Shown here: positions 7,638 to 17,393 of the stretch, piece after piece | Numbering within the stretch: position 1 is the first letter of the stretch | Layout of the letters: the number at the start of each line of letters is the position of its first letter | Assembly: GCA_003332265.1 (NCBI GenBank) | Contig: QPGA01000020.1 | Location: 6,485-70,484, forward strand | Origin: Candidatus Accumulibacter meliphilus | GTDB lineage: Bacteria > Pseudomonadota > Gammaproteobacteria > Burkholderiales > Rhodocyclaceae | Direction: 5' to 3' | DNA: 64,000 bases | The notes under the pieces: model-generated | What the model saw: only the letters and a program-made list of their open reading frames with translations | Databases searched by the model: none | Told to the model about the DNA's origin: nothing | Position numbers and translations under genes: made by a program

Positions 7638-10600
7638 CTATGGCGTCGCTCCCGGTTCGGCCGTTGGCGTCGTCATGAGGACTTCGAGAGGCGAACCGGT
7701 ACTCAGATGCAGGTCGCGTTGCGGGTAGGAGATCTTGATTCCGCGTTCGCGAAAGGCCTTGTCGATGGCCATGTGCAGTTCGTGTGTGACGATGCCGCGG
7801 TTGAGGACCACGCGTGTGAACACGCGCAGCTCGAACTCCATACCGTTTTCGCCGAAACGCAGAAACAGCGTCGCGGCCGCTGGCTCGTCGACCACGCTTT
7901 CGTTGTTCAGCGCGACCTCCATCAAGGTCTCGACAACCTGCTCCGTGTCGCTTCCGTAGGCGACGGTCAAGGGGACGATCAAGCGCGTGATGGGGTCGGA
8001 CAGGGTCCAGTTGATGCAATCCTGGGTGATGAAGGTCTTGTTCGGGATGAGCAGTTCCTTGCGATCCCAGTCGCTGATGGTCGTGGCGCGGATGTGGATG
8101 CGCGTCACCGTGCCGGTATGGCCGGCAATGGTCACGATGTCGCCGACGCGAAACGGCCGCTCGAAGAGAATGACGATGCCGGAAACGAAATTGGCGACGA
8201 TTTCCTGCAGGCCGAAGCCCAGGCCGACGCCGAGCGCCGCGATCAGCCATTGCAGCTTCGTCCAGTCGATGCCGAGAAGATTCGACGCGGCGATCAGGCC
8301 GACGAGAACGATCAGGTAGTTCAGCAGCATGGTTATGGCATAGCCGGTGCCGGGTGCCAGATCGAAGCGGCTGAGAACGGCCACTTCGAGCGCACCGGGC
8401 AGGTTCCGGATGGCGATGATGGCGATGGCGAAAACCGTCGCCGCGACGATCAGGCTCCAGAGGGTCACCACCTGCTGTGGTAGCGTGCCGTCGCCAGCGC
8501 CGATGCGCCAGAGGACGATCTCGTCAAGCGTGCGCACCGCCGGCAACAGGCCTTGCCAGATCGACGCCATGGCAAAGGCAATGCCGACCAGGACGAGCAG
8601 GCGGAGCAGGGCGCGCGTTTGCCGGCTGATCGTGTGACGGTCGATTTCGTAGCTCTGCAAGGCTTCCGGAATGGCGTCGGCCGCGCGTTCGGCCGCCTGG
8701 CGATCGATCGTTCGCGTGCCCGAATCCCGGCTCGCCTGACGCGCCTCGCGCGCCCGTGTCAGCGCCATTCGCCGCTCGAAGACGGAGAAAGCGCGCTCGA
8801 GCGTGGCGTGCACAAGCGTCGCCATGGTGATCAGCACGATCGACTGCATGGTCAGCCGCAGCAGCTGTGAAGCGGTGTAATGGTAGCCAAGCAGGGAAAG
8901 GCCGATCGTTGCCAGCGCGATGAGCATCAGTGCCGGATACCACAGGTAGACGATGTACCACAGCCAGTTGTCGCCGTCGGTCGCGGCGAGACTGAGGCGC
9001 GACAGGCGCCACAGCCGGGAAGCGATCCAGACAATCGCCAGACAGAACACGATCAGGGAAATCCGTCCCAGGCCGTCGCGAATCTCGGGGGCTGCGTGCA
9101 CCGAAACCAGGAGCATGACGATGGTGATCGGCACGAAGAGCAGCATCAGCCGCCGGGTGTTGCGGCGCAGCAGGGTCAGCGTCGACAGACTCCAGTCGAA
9201 ATGCACGGCGGCGACGCCCTTGGCGCGAACCAGTTGCAGGAGGAACTCCATGAACAGGATCAGGACGCCACCCGTCATGAGCGCGGTCTCCAGGCTGCGG
9301 GCGAAACCCGTATCGCTGTGAGTCAGGTAGGCCAGGCCGAAAAGCACCAGCGCCGGCGGCAAGGCAAGTGCCGCGGTGATCGCGAAAGCTTCCAGGGTCA
9401 GTGCCAGATGGTCAGACTGCACCTTGCCGATCCGCGGCGCCATGTGCTCCAGGCGCTGCTTCAAGCGGTCACGGCTGGCGCTGGCCAGCACCAGGAGCAG
9501 CAGCAGACCAAGGAATCCCGGCAACCGATCGTCCAGATTCCTGACCACGGCCTGACGGACATCGCGCCAGTGCGCCGGCTCGGAAAGCCAGGCCATGGAA
9601 TCCGCCGCGGCGCGCAGCGTTTGCAGGCCCATCGGTTGCGCGCTGGGAATCCAGAACAGATGGCTCTCGAGCGCATCACGGTAAGTATGCGAGCGATCGG
9701 AGAAATACTTGAGCTGGGTGAGCAGCACGGACAGTTCATCGGCGTAGCGCGCCTGCTCATTTTTCAGGCGGGTGATCAGGCTGCGGCGCTGTTCGAGCAG
9801 GCGGTCGATCGCCGCGCCCCAGTCCTGGGTCGCGCCACGCAGCAGCTTTTCCAGCGCCGGCTTGCTGGGCAGGTCGTAGGGCGGGCGCTTCTCCTCGAGT
9901 TGAAAGAGGGCAATGCGGCTGGCCTCCAGTTCGCCTTCCGCCCTGCTCCGGGCGTTCTCGATGTTGATGGCGTCCGAAGCCTTGTCCCTTTCCTGGCGCA
10001 AGGCGATACCGAAGGCCGCCGAGGCCTCGAGCTGATTGAGATTGAGCAAACGATCGAGCGTTTCCAGCTTGCTGTTGAGCAGCGACACGGCGCCACGCAG
10101 GCGAGCGCTCTCGGCTTCCGCCTGCTGCCTTTTTACCAGTATTTCGTCGATCAATCTGGACAGGCGGATATTGCCCTCGGCAAAACCCAGCAAGTCCTCT
10201 GGCGCCGCACCCAGCGACTGCATGAAGGCCTCAAGATCGCTGACCAGTGCACTGACGCCGGCTTTGTGAACGCGACTCAGCAGCGCTTGCAGGGCGGCGA
10301 TGTAGTCCGTCGTGCTGGCCAGCTGGTCGGCCAGCAGGTCGGCTTCGGCCTCCATCAGCGCCAGACGTGCCGGTCGGCTGGCCAGGCGCTCGCTGAAGGC
10401 CTCGATGCGCGCCAGCCCGAGGCGCTTGTCGGCAGCGCGAGCGGCTGCCTCGGCCAGCTGAGCCTGCTCGGAGGTGCCGCCTGCACGCGCGCTGTTGTCG
10501 ACCTTGTCCACGCTCTCTTGCGCGGTGCTGAGCAGTTGCTTGAGCGCCAGAGCGCGTTCTGACTGCACGCTGGATTGCACCCGGGAGAGCTTGGTTCGCA

Positions 10601-11042
10601 GAATGGCTTCGTCACCTACGGCTTCCAGAAGCGCCTGCTCGACAACGCTCGGCGGCTGCTTTTCGAGGTCTTTGCCGACTTTCGGCGGCCGGTAGCCTTG
10701 CTGCTCGGCGCGCAATCGCTGCCGCTCGCGGGGCAGATCGCGCAGCGCCTGCGCATAGGCGCGAGCCTCCTCTTCAAAGCGCTCGGCAGCCTCGATGCGA
10801 GAGATGGCCAGCCGATACAGGGCGGTGATTTCGGCTTTCTGCGCAGCGCTGAGAGTGGCCGACTGCTCGACCGAGGCCAGGCGCTGCTGCAGGTCCGCAA
10901 TACCCGGCAAGAGCGTTTCCTGGGCACCGAGCAGCGACGCCCAGAGCAGAACGATGAGCATGATGGCGCGGCGGGCAATGGCCGCCAGAGATGTCGCCCG
11001 GCCAGGAGCCGGTCTTCCCTGTCCGCGCAAGGGCATGGACAT
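7638..11042 (-). CDS. MscK/MscM-type large mechanosensitive channel (MscS family)
   Basis: 1134 aa: signal peptide, long coiled-coil periplasmic region, about 11 TM segments, and a C-terminal MscS core (GLGFGLQEIVANFVSGIVILFERPFRVGDIVTI). Confidence 0.9.
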   Translation of the reverse strand: MSMPLRGQGRPAPGRATSLAAIARRAIMLIVLLWASLLGAQETLLPGIADLQQRLASVEQSATLSAAQKAEITALYRLAISRIEAAERFEEEARAYAQALRDLPRERQRLRAEQQGYRPPKVGKDLEKQPPSVVEQALLEAVGDEAILRTKLSRVQSSVQSERALALKQLLSTAQESVDKVDNSARAGGTSEQAQLAEAAARAADKRLGLARIEAFSERLASRPARLALMEAEADLLADQLASTTDYIAALQALLSRVHKAGVSALVSDLEAFMQSLGAAPEDLLGFAEGNIRLSRLIDEILVKRQQAEAESARLRGAVSLLNSKLETLDRLLNLNQLEASAAFGIALRQERDKASDAINIENARSRAEGELEASRIALFQLEEKRPPYDLPSKPALEKLLRGATQDWGAAIDRLLEQRRSLITRLKNEQARYADELSVLLTQLKYFSDRSHTYRDALESHLFWIPSAQPMGLQTLRAAADSMAWLSEPAHWRDVRQAVVRNLDDRLPGFLGLLLLLVLASASRDRLKQRLEHMAPRIGKVQSDHLALTLEAFAITAALALPPALVLFGLAYLTHSDTGFARSLETALMTGGVLILFMEFLLQLVRAKGVAAVHFDWSLSTLTLLRRNTRRLMLLFVPITIVMLLVSVHAAPEIRDGLGRISLIVFCLAIVWIASRLWRLSRLSLAATDGDNWLWYIVYLWYPALMLIALATIGLSLLGYHYTASQLLRLTMQSIVLITMATLVHATLERAFSVFERRMALTRAREARQASRDSGTRTIDRQAAERAADAIPEALQSYEIDRHTISRQTRALLRLLVLVGIAFAMASIWQGLLPAVRTLDEIVLWRIGAGDGTLPQQVVTLWSLIVAATVFAIAIIAIRNLPGALEVAVLSRFDLAPGTGYAITMLLNYLIVLVGLIAASNLLGIDWTKLQWLIAALGVGLGFGLQEIVANFVSGIVILFERPFRVGDIVTIAGHTGTVTRIHIRATTISDWDRKELLIPNKTFITQDCINWTLSDPITRLIVPLTVAYGSDTEQVVETLMEVALNNESVVDEPAAATLFLRFGENGMEFELRVFTRVVLNRGIVTHELHMAIDKAFRERGIKISYPQRDLHLSTGSPLEVLMTTPTAEPGATP

Positions 11043-11045
11043 TGC

Positions 11046-11783
11046 TCAGTCCGCGCTATCGACCAGCGGCGCGAAGCCGATCACGACGCGGCGTGTCATT
11101 GCCGATTTCTTCTCGATGCGGGTGACGATGACGGCACCGACTTCGGCCGTATTCGCCACATGGGTGCCGCCGCAGGGTTGCAGGTCGACGCCTTCGATCT
11201 CGAGCACGCGCACCCGCCCCAGGCCGCGCGGCGGCTTGACGCTCATGCTGCGCACCAGACCGGGGTTGGCATCGAGCTCGGCTTCCGTAATCCAGCGCTG
11301 GCTCACCGGGTGCGCCCCGTCGACCAGGCGCGCCAGGCCCGCGTTCAGAGCCTGCTTGTCGAGCGGCGCAGTCATGTGGAAGTCCAGGCGCGCGTAATCG
11401 GCGGTGATCGAACAACCGTCGACCGGCTGTGGAACCAGCGCGCACAGCAGGTGCGTGGCGGTATGAAAGCGCATGTGCCGGTGCCGGCGCGGCATGTCCA
11501 GCTGAGCAGTGACCGGCGTTCCGACGCTCAGGAGCGCCAGCAACGCCTGCTGCCCGGCGGCCGGCAGGTGCAGAATCTCGCCCGGCGGCGCACCCTTGCG
11601 GGTATCGAAGATCTCCAGCTCGCTACCGTCAGGCAGGATCAACAAGCCTCGGTCACCGGCCTGGCCGCCGCCCAGCGGATAGAAAACCGTGCGATCGAGT
11701 TGCACGCCGCGCTCGTCGACGCGCGTTATGCGGGCGTTGCAGGTGGCAAGGGAAGCGTCGTCGCGAAACAGCTCTTCGGTCAT
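11046..11783 (-). CDS. alanyl-tRNA editing protein (AlaX-M-like Ser-tRNA(Ala) deacylase)
   Basis: HTATHLL (HxxxH) and CGGTHV (CxxxH) zinc motifs of the AlaRS editing domain. 245 aa. Ends 4 nt before the channel gene start. Confidence 0.8.
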   Translation of the reverse strand: MTEELFRDDASLATCNARITRVDERGVQLDRTVFYPLGGGQAGDRGLLILPDGSELEIFDTRKGAPPGEILHLPAAGQQALLALLSVGTPVTAQLDMPRRHRHMRFHTATHLLCALVPQPVDGCSITADYARLDFHMTAPLDKQALNAGLARLVDGAHPVSQRWITEAELDANPGLVRSMSVKPPRGLGRVRVLEIEGVDLQPCGGTHVANTAEVGAVIVTRIEKKSAMTRRVVIGFAPLVDSAD

Positions 11784-12011
11784 CGGAGGTCCTTCAAGGA
11801 AAGCTGCACCCGCCGAACCTGTCCCTGCGGGCGATCAAGGCGAACTGAGGATTCCGAGTGTATACCGCTACGCGGGAGCCGGAAAGAAGAAGCCCTCGTA
11901 ACGAATGGGCTAAATGGCTGAATCCATTGGCGGGAATCATCATGGCTTGGATAATGATGACGAACAACGCCCAAGCTTGATAGCCGTTAAGCTACAGACT
12001 ACAATCCATTC

Positions 12012-12290
12012 GTGATCAAGACCTTTCGCCACAAGGGGCTGGAAGCCTTCTTCCGCACTGGTAGCAGGGGCGGCATACAGCCTCACCATGCACGAAAGCT
12101 GCGTGTACAACTCACGACTCTGGACTCCGCGCGCGGCCCTGACGACATGAACGCGTCTGGATGGCGCCTGCATCCGCTCAGTCATGATCTGGCGGGGCAC
12201 TGGTCCGTGTGGGTGAGCGGAAATTGGCGCCTGACCTTCACCTTCGACAAGAGCGAGGTGCTCTTGGTCGACTATCAGGACTACCACTAG
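12012..12290 (+). CDS. higB: HigB-type (RelE/ParE superfamily) toxin
   Basis: 92 aa, GTG start. MIKTFRHKGLEAFF...HPLSHDLAGHWSVWVSGNWRLTF is the typical 'plasmid maintenance system killer' HigB signature. The toxin-first gene order fits HigBA. Confidence 0.85.
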   Translation: MIKTFRHKGLEAFFRTGSRGGIQPHHARKLRVQLTTLDSARGPDDMNASGWRLHPLSHDLAGHWSVWVSGNWRLTFTFDKSEVLLVDYQDYH

Positions 12291-12299
12291 GAGAAACGC

Positions 12300-12587
12300 A
12301 TGAGCAGGATGCATAACCCGGCGCACCCCGGCGAAGTGTTGCGGGAGTGGCTGCCGGATGACATGACGGTGACTCAGGCGGCAAAGGAACTTCTGATTTC
12401 CCGCGTGACACTTTCCAAGGTTTTGAACGGCAAGGCTGGCGTCACGGCAGGCATGGCCCTGCGCCTCTCGGCCTGGCTGGGCACGTCCGCCGACCTCTGG
12501 CTCGGGATGCAAACCCAATGGGATCTCTGGCAGGCCGAGCAACTGCCGAAGCCGAACATCACGCCACTGGAACGACCTTCGGCCTGA
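12300..12587 (+). CDS. higA: HigA antitoxin (Xre-type HTH)
   Basis: 95 aa. HPGEVLREWL...MTVTQAAKELLISRVTLSKVLNGKAGVTAGMALRLS. SD TAGGAG lies upstream, 9 nt after the higB stop. Confidence 0.85.
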   Translation: MSRMHNPAHPGEVLREWLPDDMTVTQAAKELLISRVTLSKVLNGKAGVTAGMALRLSAWLGTSADLWLGMQTQWDLWQAEQLPKPNITPLERPSA

Positions 12588-12790
12588 TCAAGGCTGCCTC
12601 GCCGCCCTCGACGGTGGGAACACCGGCCACTTTCCCCGGCTGACCTTGTTGGCCGTCATACCTGGACAATAGGCGTTTCGGGTTCTGCTCTGGCTGAATA
12701 TTCGGCAGGCCTGACACTTGCAACGCACTGTCCGTTTCCGGAGTGAATGGGCTCGCCTCACCCAGTCAAACATTTGCAGTGGAAGCGCTG

Positions 12791-14887
12791 ATGGACCAGG
12801 CAACACATAACAAGATCGTCTCCTTCATCTGGGGCATCGCCGACGATGTCCTGCGCGACCTCTTCAAACGCGGCAAGTACCCTGACGTGATCCTGCCGAT
12901 GTGCGTCATCCGGCGCATGGACGCGGTGCTCGAACCGACCAAGCAGGCGCTGTCGCGCTCCGACTCGCTTGGTATGCTGATCAACAGCTTCCTCGACCCG
13001 GGCATCGATTTCTCGCCGGCCGGCATCGACAATCACTCGATGGGTACCGTCTTCGAGGAGCTGGTGCGCAAGTTCAACGAGGAAAACAACGAAGAGGCCG
13101 GCGAGCACTCGACGCCGCGCGACGCCGTGCGCCTGATGGCGAACCTGGTATTCCTGCCCATCGAGTCGGAGGTCCGCTCCGGCACCTACCTGCTCTACGA
13201 CTGCGCCTGCGGCACCGGCGGCATGCTCACCGTCGGCGAGGAGACGCTGACCGCAATTGCTGCCAGGCGTGGCCAGCAGGTCAGGAGCCTGCTCTATGGC
13301 CAGGAAATCAACCCCGAAACCTACGCCGTCTGCGAGGCCGACATGCTGCTCAAGGGGGAAGGCGAGAGCGCCGAGCACATCGTCGGCGGCGCCGAATGGT
13401 CGACGCTGGCGCACGACGCCTTTCCCGCGCAGGAGTTCGACTTCATGCTCGCCAATCCGCCCTACGGCAAGAGCTGGAAGAAGGACCTCGAAGCGATGGG
13501 CCGCAAGGACGGCATGCGCGACCCGCGCTTCAAGGTGATGCACGACGGCGAGGCACTGTCGCTGGTCACGCGCTCCAGCGACGGTCAAATGCTCTTCCTG
13601 GCCAACATGGCATCGAAAATGAATGACAAGTCGGCGCTCGGCAGCCGCATCGCCGAGGTGCACAACGGTTCGTCGCTGTTCACCGGCGACGCCGGCCAGG
13701 GCGAGAGCAACATCCGCCGCTGGCTGATCGAGAACGACTGGCTCGAAGCCATCGTCGCCCTGCCGCTCAAGCTCTTCTACAACACCGACATCGCCACTTA
13801 CATCTGGGTGCACTCCAACCGCAAGCGCGCACACCGCCAGGGCCAGGTGCAACTGATCGACGCCGGCCAGTGGTTCAAGCCCCTGCGCAAGAACCTCGGC
13901 AAGAAGAACTGCGAACTCTCGCCCGACGATATCGCGCACATCAGCCAGACCTTCCTCGATTTCAGGGAAACGCCCGAGTCGAAGATCTTCGCCAACGACG
14001 CCTTCGGCTACTGGAAAGTCACCATCGAGCGCCCGCTGCGCCTGCATAGCCAGCTTGCGCTGAAAACCATCGAGACGCTGCGTTTTGCATCAGGCGACGA
14101 AGAGCTGCGCGCCGCCCTTTAGGAGGAAATCGGCGATGGCCTGTTCACGGACTTCGCGAAGCTCGCCGCCACGTTGGAACCGCGTCTGGCCAACTGGGGT
14201 GCCGACGAGGATGAGAGTGGAGAGGGCGCAGCGGGCGACGAAAGCGACAACTCTGGGGCCGCCGGCGCCAGAAAAGGCCTGCCCGAGAACCGGAAAAAGA
14301 AGCTGCTCGACGCGCGGACCTGGGCGCGTGACAGTCGCCTGTTCGAAGTCGCGACGCTGCTGCGTAGTGCGCTCGGCGATCGGCTCTTCGCGGACCACAA
14401 CGTCTTTCGCGACCGCGTCGACGCCGCGCTTAGGAAAGCGGGCGTCAAGCTCCCGGCCCCCGACCTCAAGCAGATTCTCAAGGCCGTCAGCTGGCGCGCC
14501 GAAGACGCCCCGCCGGTCATCGCCAAGGTACACAAACCCGGCAAGGCCAAGGCCGACCCGCTGCGCGGCCTGTGCGAAGCCAGCGTCGACGGCAAGCCGG
14601 CCGTCGTCGAGTACGAGCCCGACGCCGACCTGCGCGACACCGAGCAGGTGCCGTTTCTGGAGGACGGCGGCATCGAAGCCTTCGTCCGCCGCGAGGTCCT
14701 GCCCTATACGCCCGACGCCTGGATCAAGGCCGCGGCCACCCGGGTCGGCTACGAGATCAGCTTCACGCGCCACTTCTACAAAGCGCAGCCGCTGCGCACG
14801 CTGGAGGAGATCAGCGCCGACATCCTGGCCATCGAGAAGGAAGCCGAGGGCTTGCTCGATGGATTGCTGAAGACGCCACAGCGATGA
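12791..14887 (+). pseudogene. hsdM: type I restriction-modification DNA methyltransferase HsdM, interrupted by an in-frame TAG (14120-14122)
   Basis: N-terminus MDQATHNKIVSFIWGIADDVLRD. SAM motif YDCACGTGGML and catalytic ANPPYG. ORFs 12743-14122 and 14174-14887 are in the same frame, separated by a single TAG followed by 17 open codons. The C-terminal part is the usual long HsdM tail. The hsdM stop overlaps the next gene (ATGA). Confidence 0.85.
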
Positions 14888-15978
14888 AGAAGAGCCTTCC
14901 CCAGCAATCGGAACCGGCCCGCGTAGACGCGGTAACACCGGCACCCGAACTCGCTACGCTGCTCGCCAGCCTGCGGGAACTCATCCAGCGTGCTCGCGAT
15001 CAGGCACTGCGCGCCGTCGATCAGATCCAGGTCCACACCTGTTGGCGCGTCGGGTATCACATCGTCGAGTTCAAGCAGGGTGGCGCCGTCCGCGCTGCCT
15101 ATGGCAAACGCCTGCTGGCTGAGCTGGCCGAGCGTCTGACTGCAGAGTTCGGCAAGGGCTTCGACGCCTCAAACCTCCGTTACATGAGGTTGTTTTACAA
15201 GACATTCCAAAATTGTGACGCGCTGCGTCACGAATTGAGCTGGACCCACTACCGCGCCCTGCTGCGTGTGGAGGATAACGAGGCACGGCAATGGTACATG
15301 CACGAGGCAGCCGACCAGCACTGGGGCACCCGCGCCCTTGGCCGTCAGATCGGCACTCTCTACTATGAGCGCCTGCTGGCCAGTCAGGATCGAGAATCCG
15401 TCCGCAGCGAGGCGGCAACCAAGACAGCGGAATTGGCCCATACCCCACGGCAGTTCATCCGCGACCCGGTAATGCTGGAGTTCCTAGGCCTGCCGGGCGT
15501 CGGTCGCCTGCTCGAATCCGAACTCGAAGCCGCCCTGCTCGGGAAGCTGCAAGACTTCCTGCTCGAACTGGGCAAGGGCTTCGCCTTCGTCGCGCGGCAA
15601 CAGCGCGTCAGCACCGAGAGCAAGGATTTCTACGTCGATCTGGTTTTCTACAACTACCTGCTCAAGTGTTTCGTACTCTTCGACCTCAAGACTGGCGAGC
15701 TGACACACCAGGACATCGGCCAGATGGACATGTACGTGCGCATGTACGACGACCTGCGCCGCGGTCCCGACGACAGTCCCACCGTCGGCATCATCCTCTG
15801 CGCTCAAAAGGACAAATCAGTGGTCCGCTACTCGGTTCTCGACGGCAACGAACAGCTCTTCGCCAGCCGCTACAAACTCATCCTGCCCAGCGAAGAGGAA
15901 CTGCGCGCCGAACTGGTGCGCGAGCAGCGGTTGTTGGCGGAGCGGGTCGACGACGAGGGGCAGAGACCAACGCCATGA
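14884..15978 (+). CDS. YhcG-like PD-(D/E)xK nuclease domain protein (DUF1016 family)
   Basis: 364 aa. LSWTHYRALL, GKGFAFVARQQRV, DFYVDLVFYNYLLKCFVLFDLKTGELTHQDIGQMDMY (D...D-L-K nuclease core). ATGA overlaps with hsdM (14884-14887) and hsdS (15975-15978). Confidence 0.8.
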   Translation: MKKSLPQQSEPARVDAVTPAPELATLLASLRELIQRARDQALRAVDQIQVHTCWRVGYHIVEFKQGGAVRAAYGKRLLAELAERLTAEFGKGFDASNLRYMRLFYKTFQNCDALRHELSWTHYRALLRVEDNEARQWYMHEAADQHWGTRALGRQIGTLYYERLLASQDRESVRSEAATKTAELAHTPRQFIRDPVMLEFLGLPGVGRLLESELEAALLGKLQDFLLELGKGFAFVARQQRVSTESKDFYVDLVFYNYLLKCFVLFDLKTGELTHQDIGQMDMYVRMYDDLRRGPDDSPTVGIILCAQKDKSVVRYSVLDGNEQLFASRYKLILPSEEELRAELVREQRLLAERVDDEGQRPTP

Positions 15979-17393
15979 TTGCCGACCTCAAGCCATACGC
16001 GAAATACCGCCAAGCCGAAGGAGGATGGTTAGGTGAAATTCCGTCGCATTGGACCATTCGCCGCATGAAGTACGTCGTACGCGAGATCAACGATCGCTCT
16101 ACGAGCGGCAAGGAGCAGTTGCTGCGCATCTCGCAGTTCACCGGCGTAACGCAGCGCCACCGAGCTGATGGGTTGGACGGACCAGACACACGCGCCGAAT
16201 CGTTGGTCGGCTACAAGCGTGTTGAACCCGACGATCTGGTAATCAACATCATGCTTGCGTGGAACGGGAGCATGGGCGTTTCACGCTACGCCGGCATAGC
16301 GAGTCCGGCGTATTGCGTTTACCGCTTCGGACAGGATGTGCATCCGTGGTACTTCCACAACCTACTGCGCTCGCCCGATTATAAAGCTCGCATAAAAGCG
16401 TCATCGACTGGCGTCGTAGAGAGTCGGCTCCGGCTTTATTCCGATGACCTTGGTCGTATCGAAGCGATGCTACCCCCACCAGCCGAGCAGGCAGCAATCG
16501 TGCGGTTTCTTGACTGGGCAAGCGGGAGCCTAGAGCGGGCCATCCGGGCGAAGCGGAAGGTGATCGCGCTGCTCAACGAGCAGAAGCAGGCCATCATCCA
16601 CCGAGCCGTCACGCGTGGCCTTGACCCCTCCGTTCGCCTCAAGCCCTCTGGCATACCCTGGCTCGGCGACATTCCGCAGCATTGGGACGTGATACCGCTC
16701 AAGCGAACATGCAGCCTCGTTCGTGACGGCACGCATTTGCCGCCGGCTCGGACGCCGACAGGCTTTCCTCTCTTGAGCGTCAGGAACATGGTGGGCGGCC
16801 GCCTTGTTCGAAGGCCAGACGACAGTTTCATCTCGAAGACGGACTTCGACATGCTGAACCGATCGTTCGTCGTGCGACCCCAAGACGTGTTGATGGCAAT
16901 CGTGGGCGCGACGCTCGGGAAGGTTGCAGTTGTGGAAGACATCGGCCCCTTCCAACTCCAGCGTAGCGTGTCGATTCTTCGCCCGCGCCCTGAAGTCATG
17001 GCCTACCCGTTCTTGGCGACATTCCTTCGAAGCGCTGGGTTGCAGGAACACCTGTGGAAATCAGTGGCATTCTCCGCACAGCCTGGGATTTATCTCGGCT
17101 TTGTGGCCAACATTCCGGTGCCAATACCGCGGACCATCGCAGAGCAAGTTGCCATTTGCAACGGCCTGCAATTAGAACTCGCACCAGTAGACACAGCCCT
17201 TTCCCGAATGGAACGTGAGATCGACCTCCTCCGCGAATACCGCACCCGCCTCGTCGCCGACGTGGTGACCGGTAAGCTCGATGTGCGCGAAGCGGCGGGG
17301 CGATTACCCGACGAAGCGCCGCCCGACATCGCCGACGACGACCCGGACCTGGACGAAGAGACTGAACCCGGCGATGAGGAAGCCGCAGCGTGA
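15975..17393 (+). CDS. hsdS: type I restriction-modification specificity subunit HsdS
   Basis: 472 aa. Two target-recognition domains separated and followed by conserved helices (PPPAEQAAIVRFLD...; IAEQVAICNGL...LLREYRTRLVADVVTGKLDVREA). Confidence 0.85.
   Translation: MIADLKPYAKYRQAEGGWLGEIPSHWTIRRMKYVVREINDRSTSGKEQLLRISQFTGVTQRHRADGLDGPDTRAESLVGYKRVEPDDLVINIMLAWNGSMGVSRYAGIASPAYCVYRFGQDVHPWYFHNLLRSPDYKARIKASSTGVVESRLRLYSDDLGRIEAMLPPPAEQAAIVRFLDWASGSLERAIRAKRKVIALLNEQKQAIIHRAVTRGLDPSVRLKPSGIPWLGDIPQHWDVIPLKRTCSLVRDGTHLPPARTPTGFPLLSVRNMVGGRLVRRPDDSFISKTDFDMLNRSFVVRPQDVLMAIVGATLGKVAVVEDIGPFQLQRSVSILRPRPEVMAYPFLATFLRSAGLQEHLWKSVAFSAQPGIYLGFVANIPVPIPRTIAEQVAICNGLQLELAPVDTALSRMEREIDLLREYRTRLVADVVTGKLDVREAAGRLPDEAPPDIADDDPDLDEETEPGDEEAAA

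Noticed and set aside
11907-11916. A 10-bp exact direct repeat GGGCTAAATG at 11907-11916 and 22696-22705 bracketing the defence islet (a possible att duplication).
   Set aside because: The right copy overlaps the stem of what looks like the native tRNA terminator. Flanking bases do not extend the match. A 10-mer match between two windows of about 200 bp has a chance probability of a few percent. No integrase is present. I kept it only as a weak hint.
14121-14138. AGGAGG followed by ATG (14136) right after the hsdM amber codon, suggesting a deliberately split gene with reinitiation.
   Set aside because: That ATG is in a different frame, with an Arg/Ser/Pro-rich junk translation. The in-frame continuation has only a TTG at 14174 and no SD.
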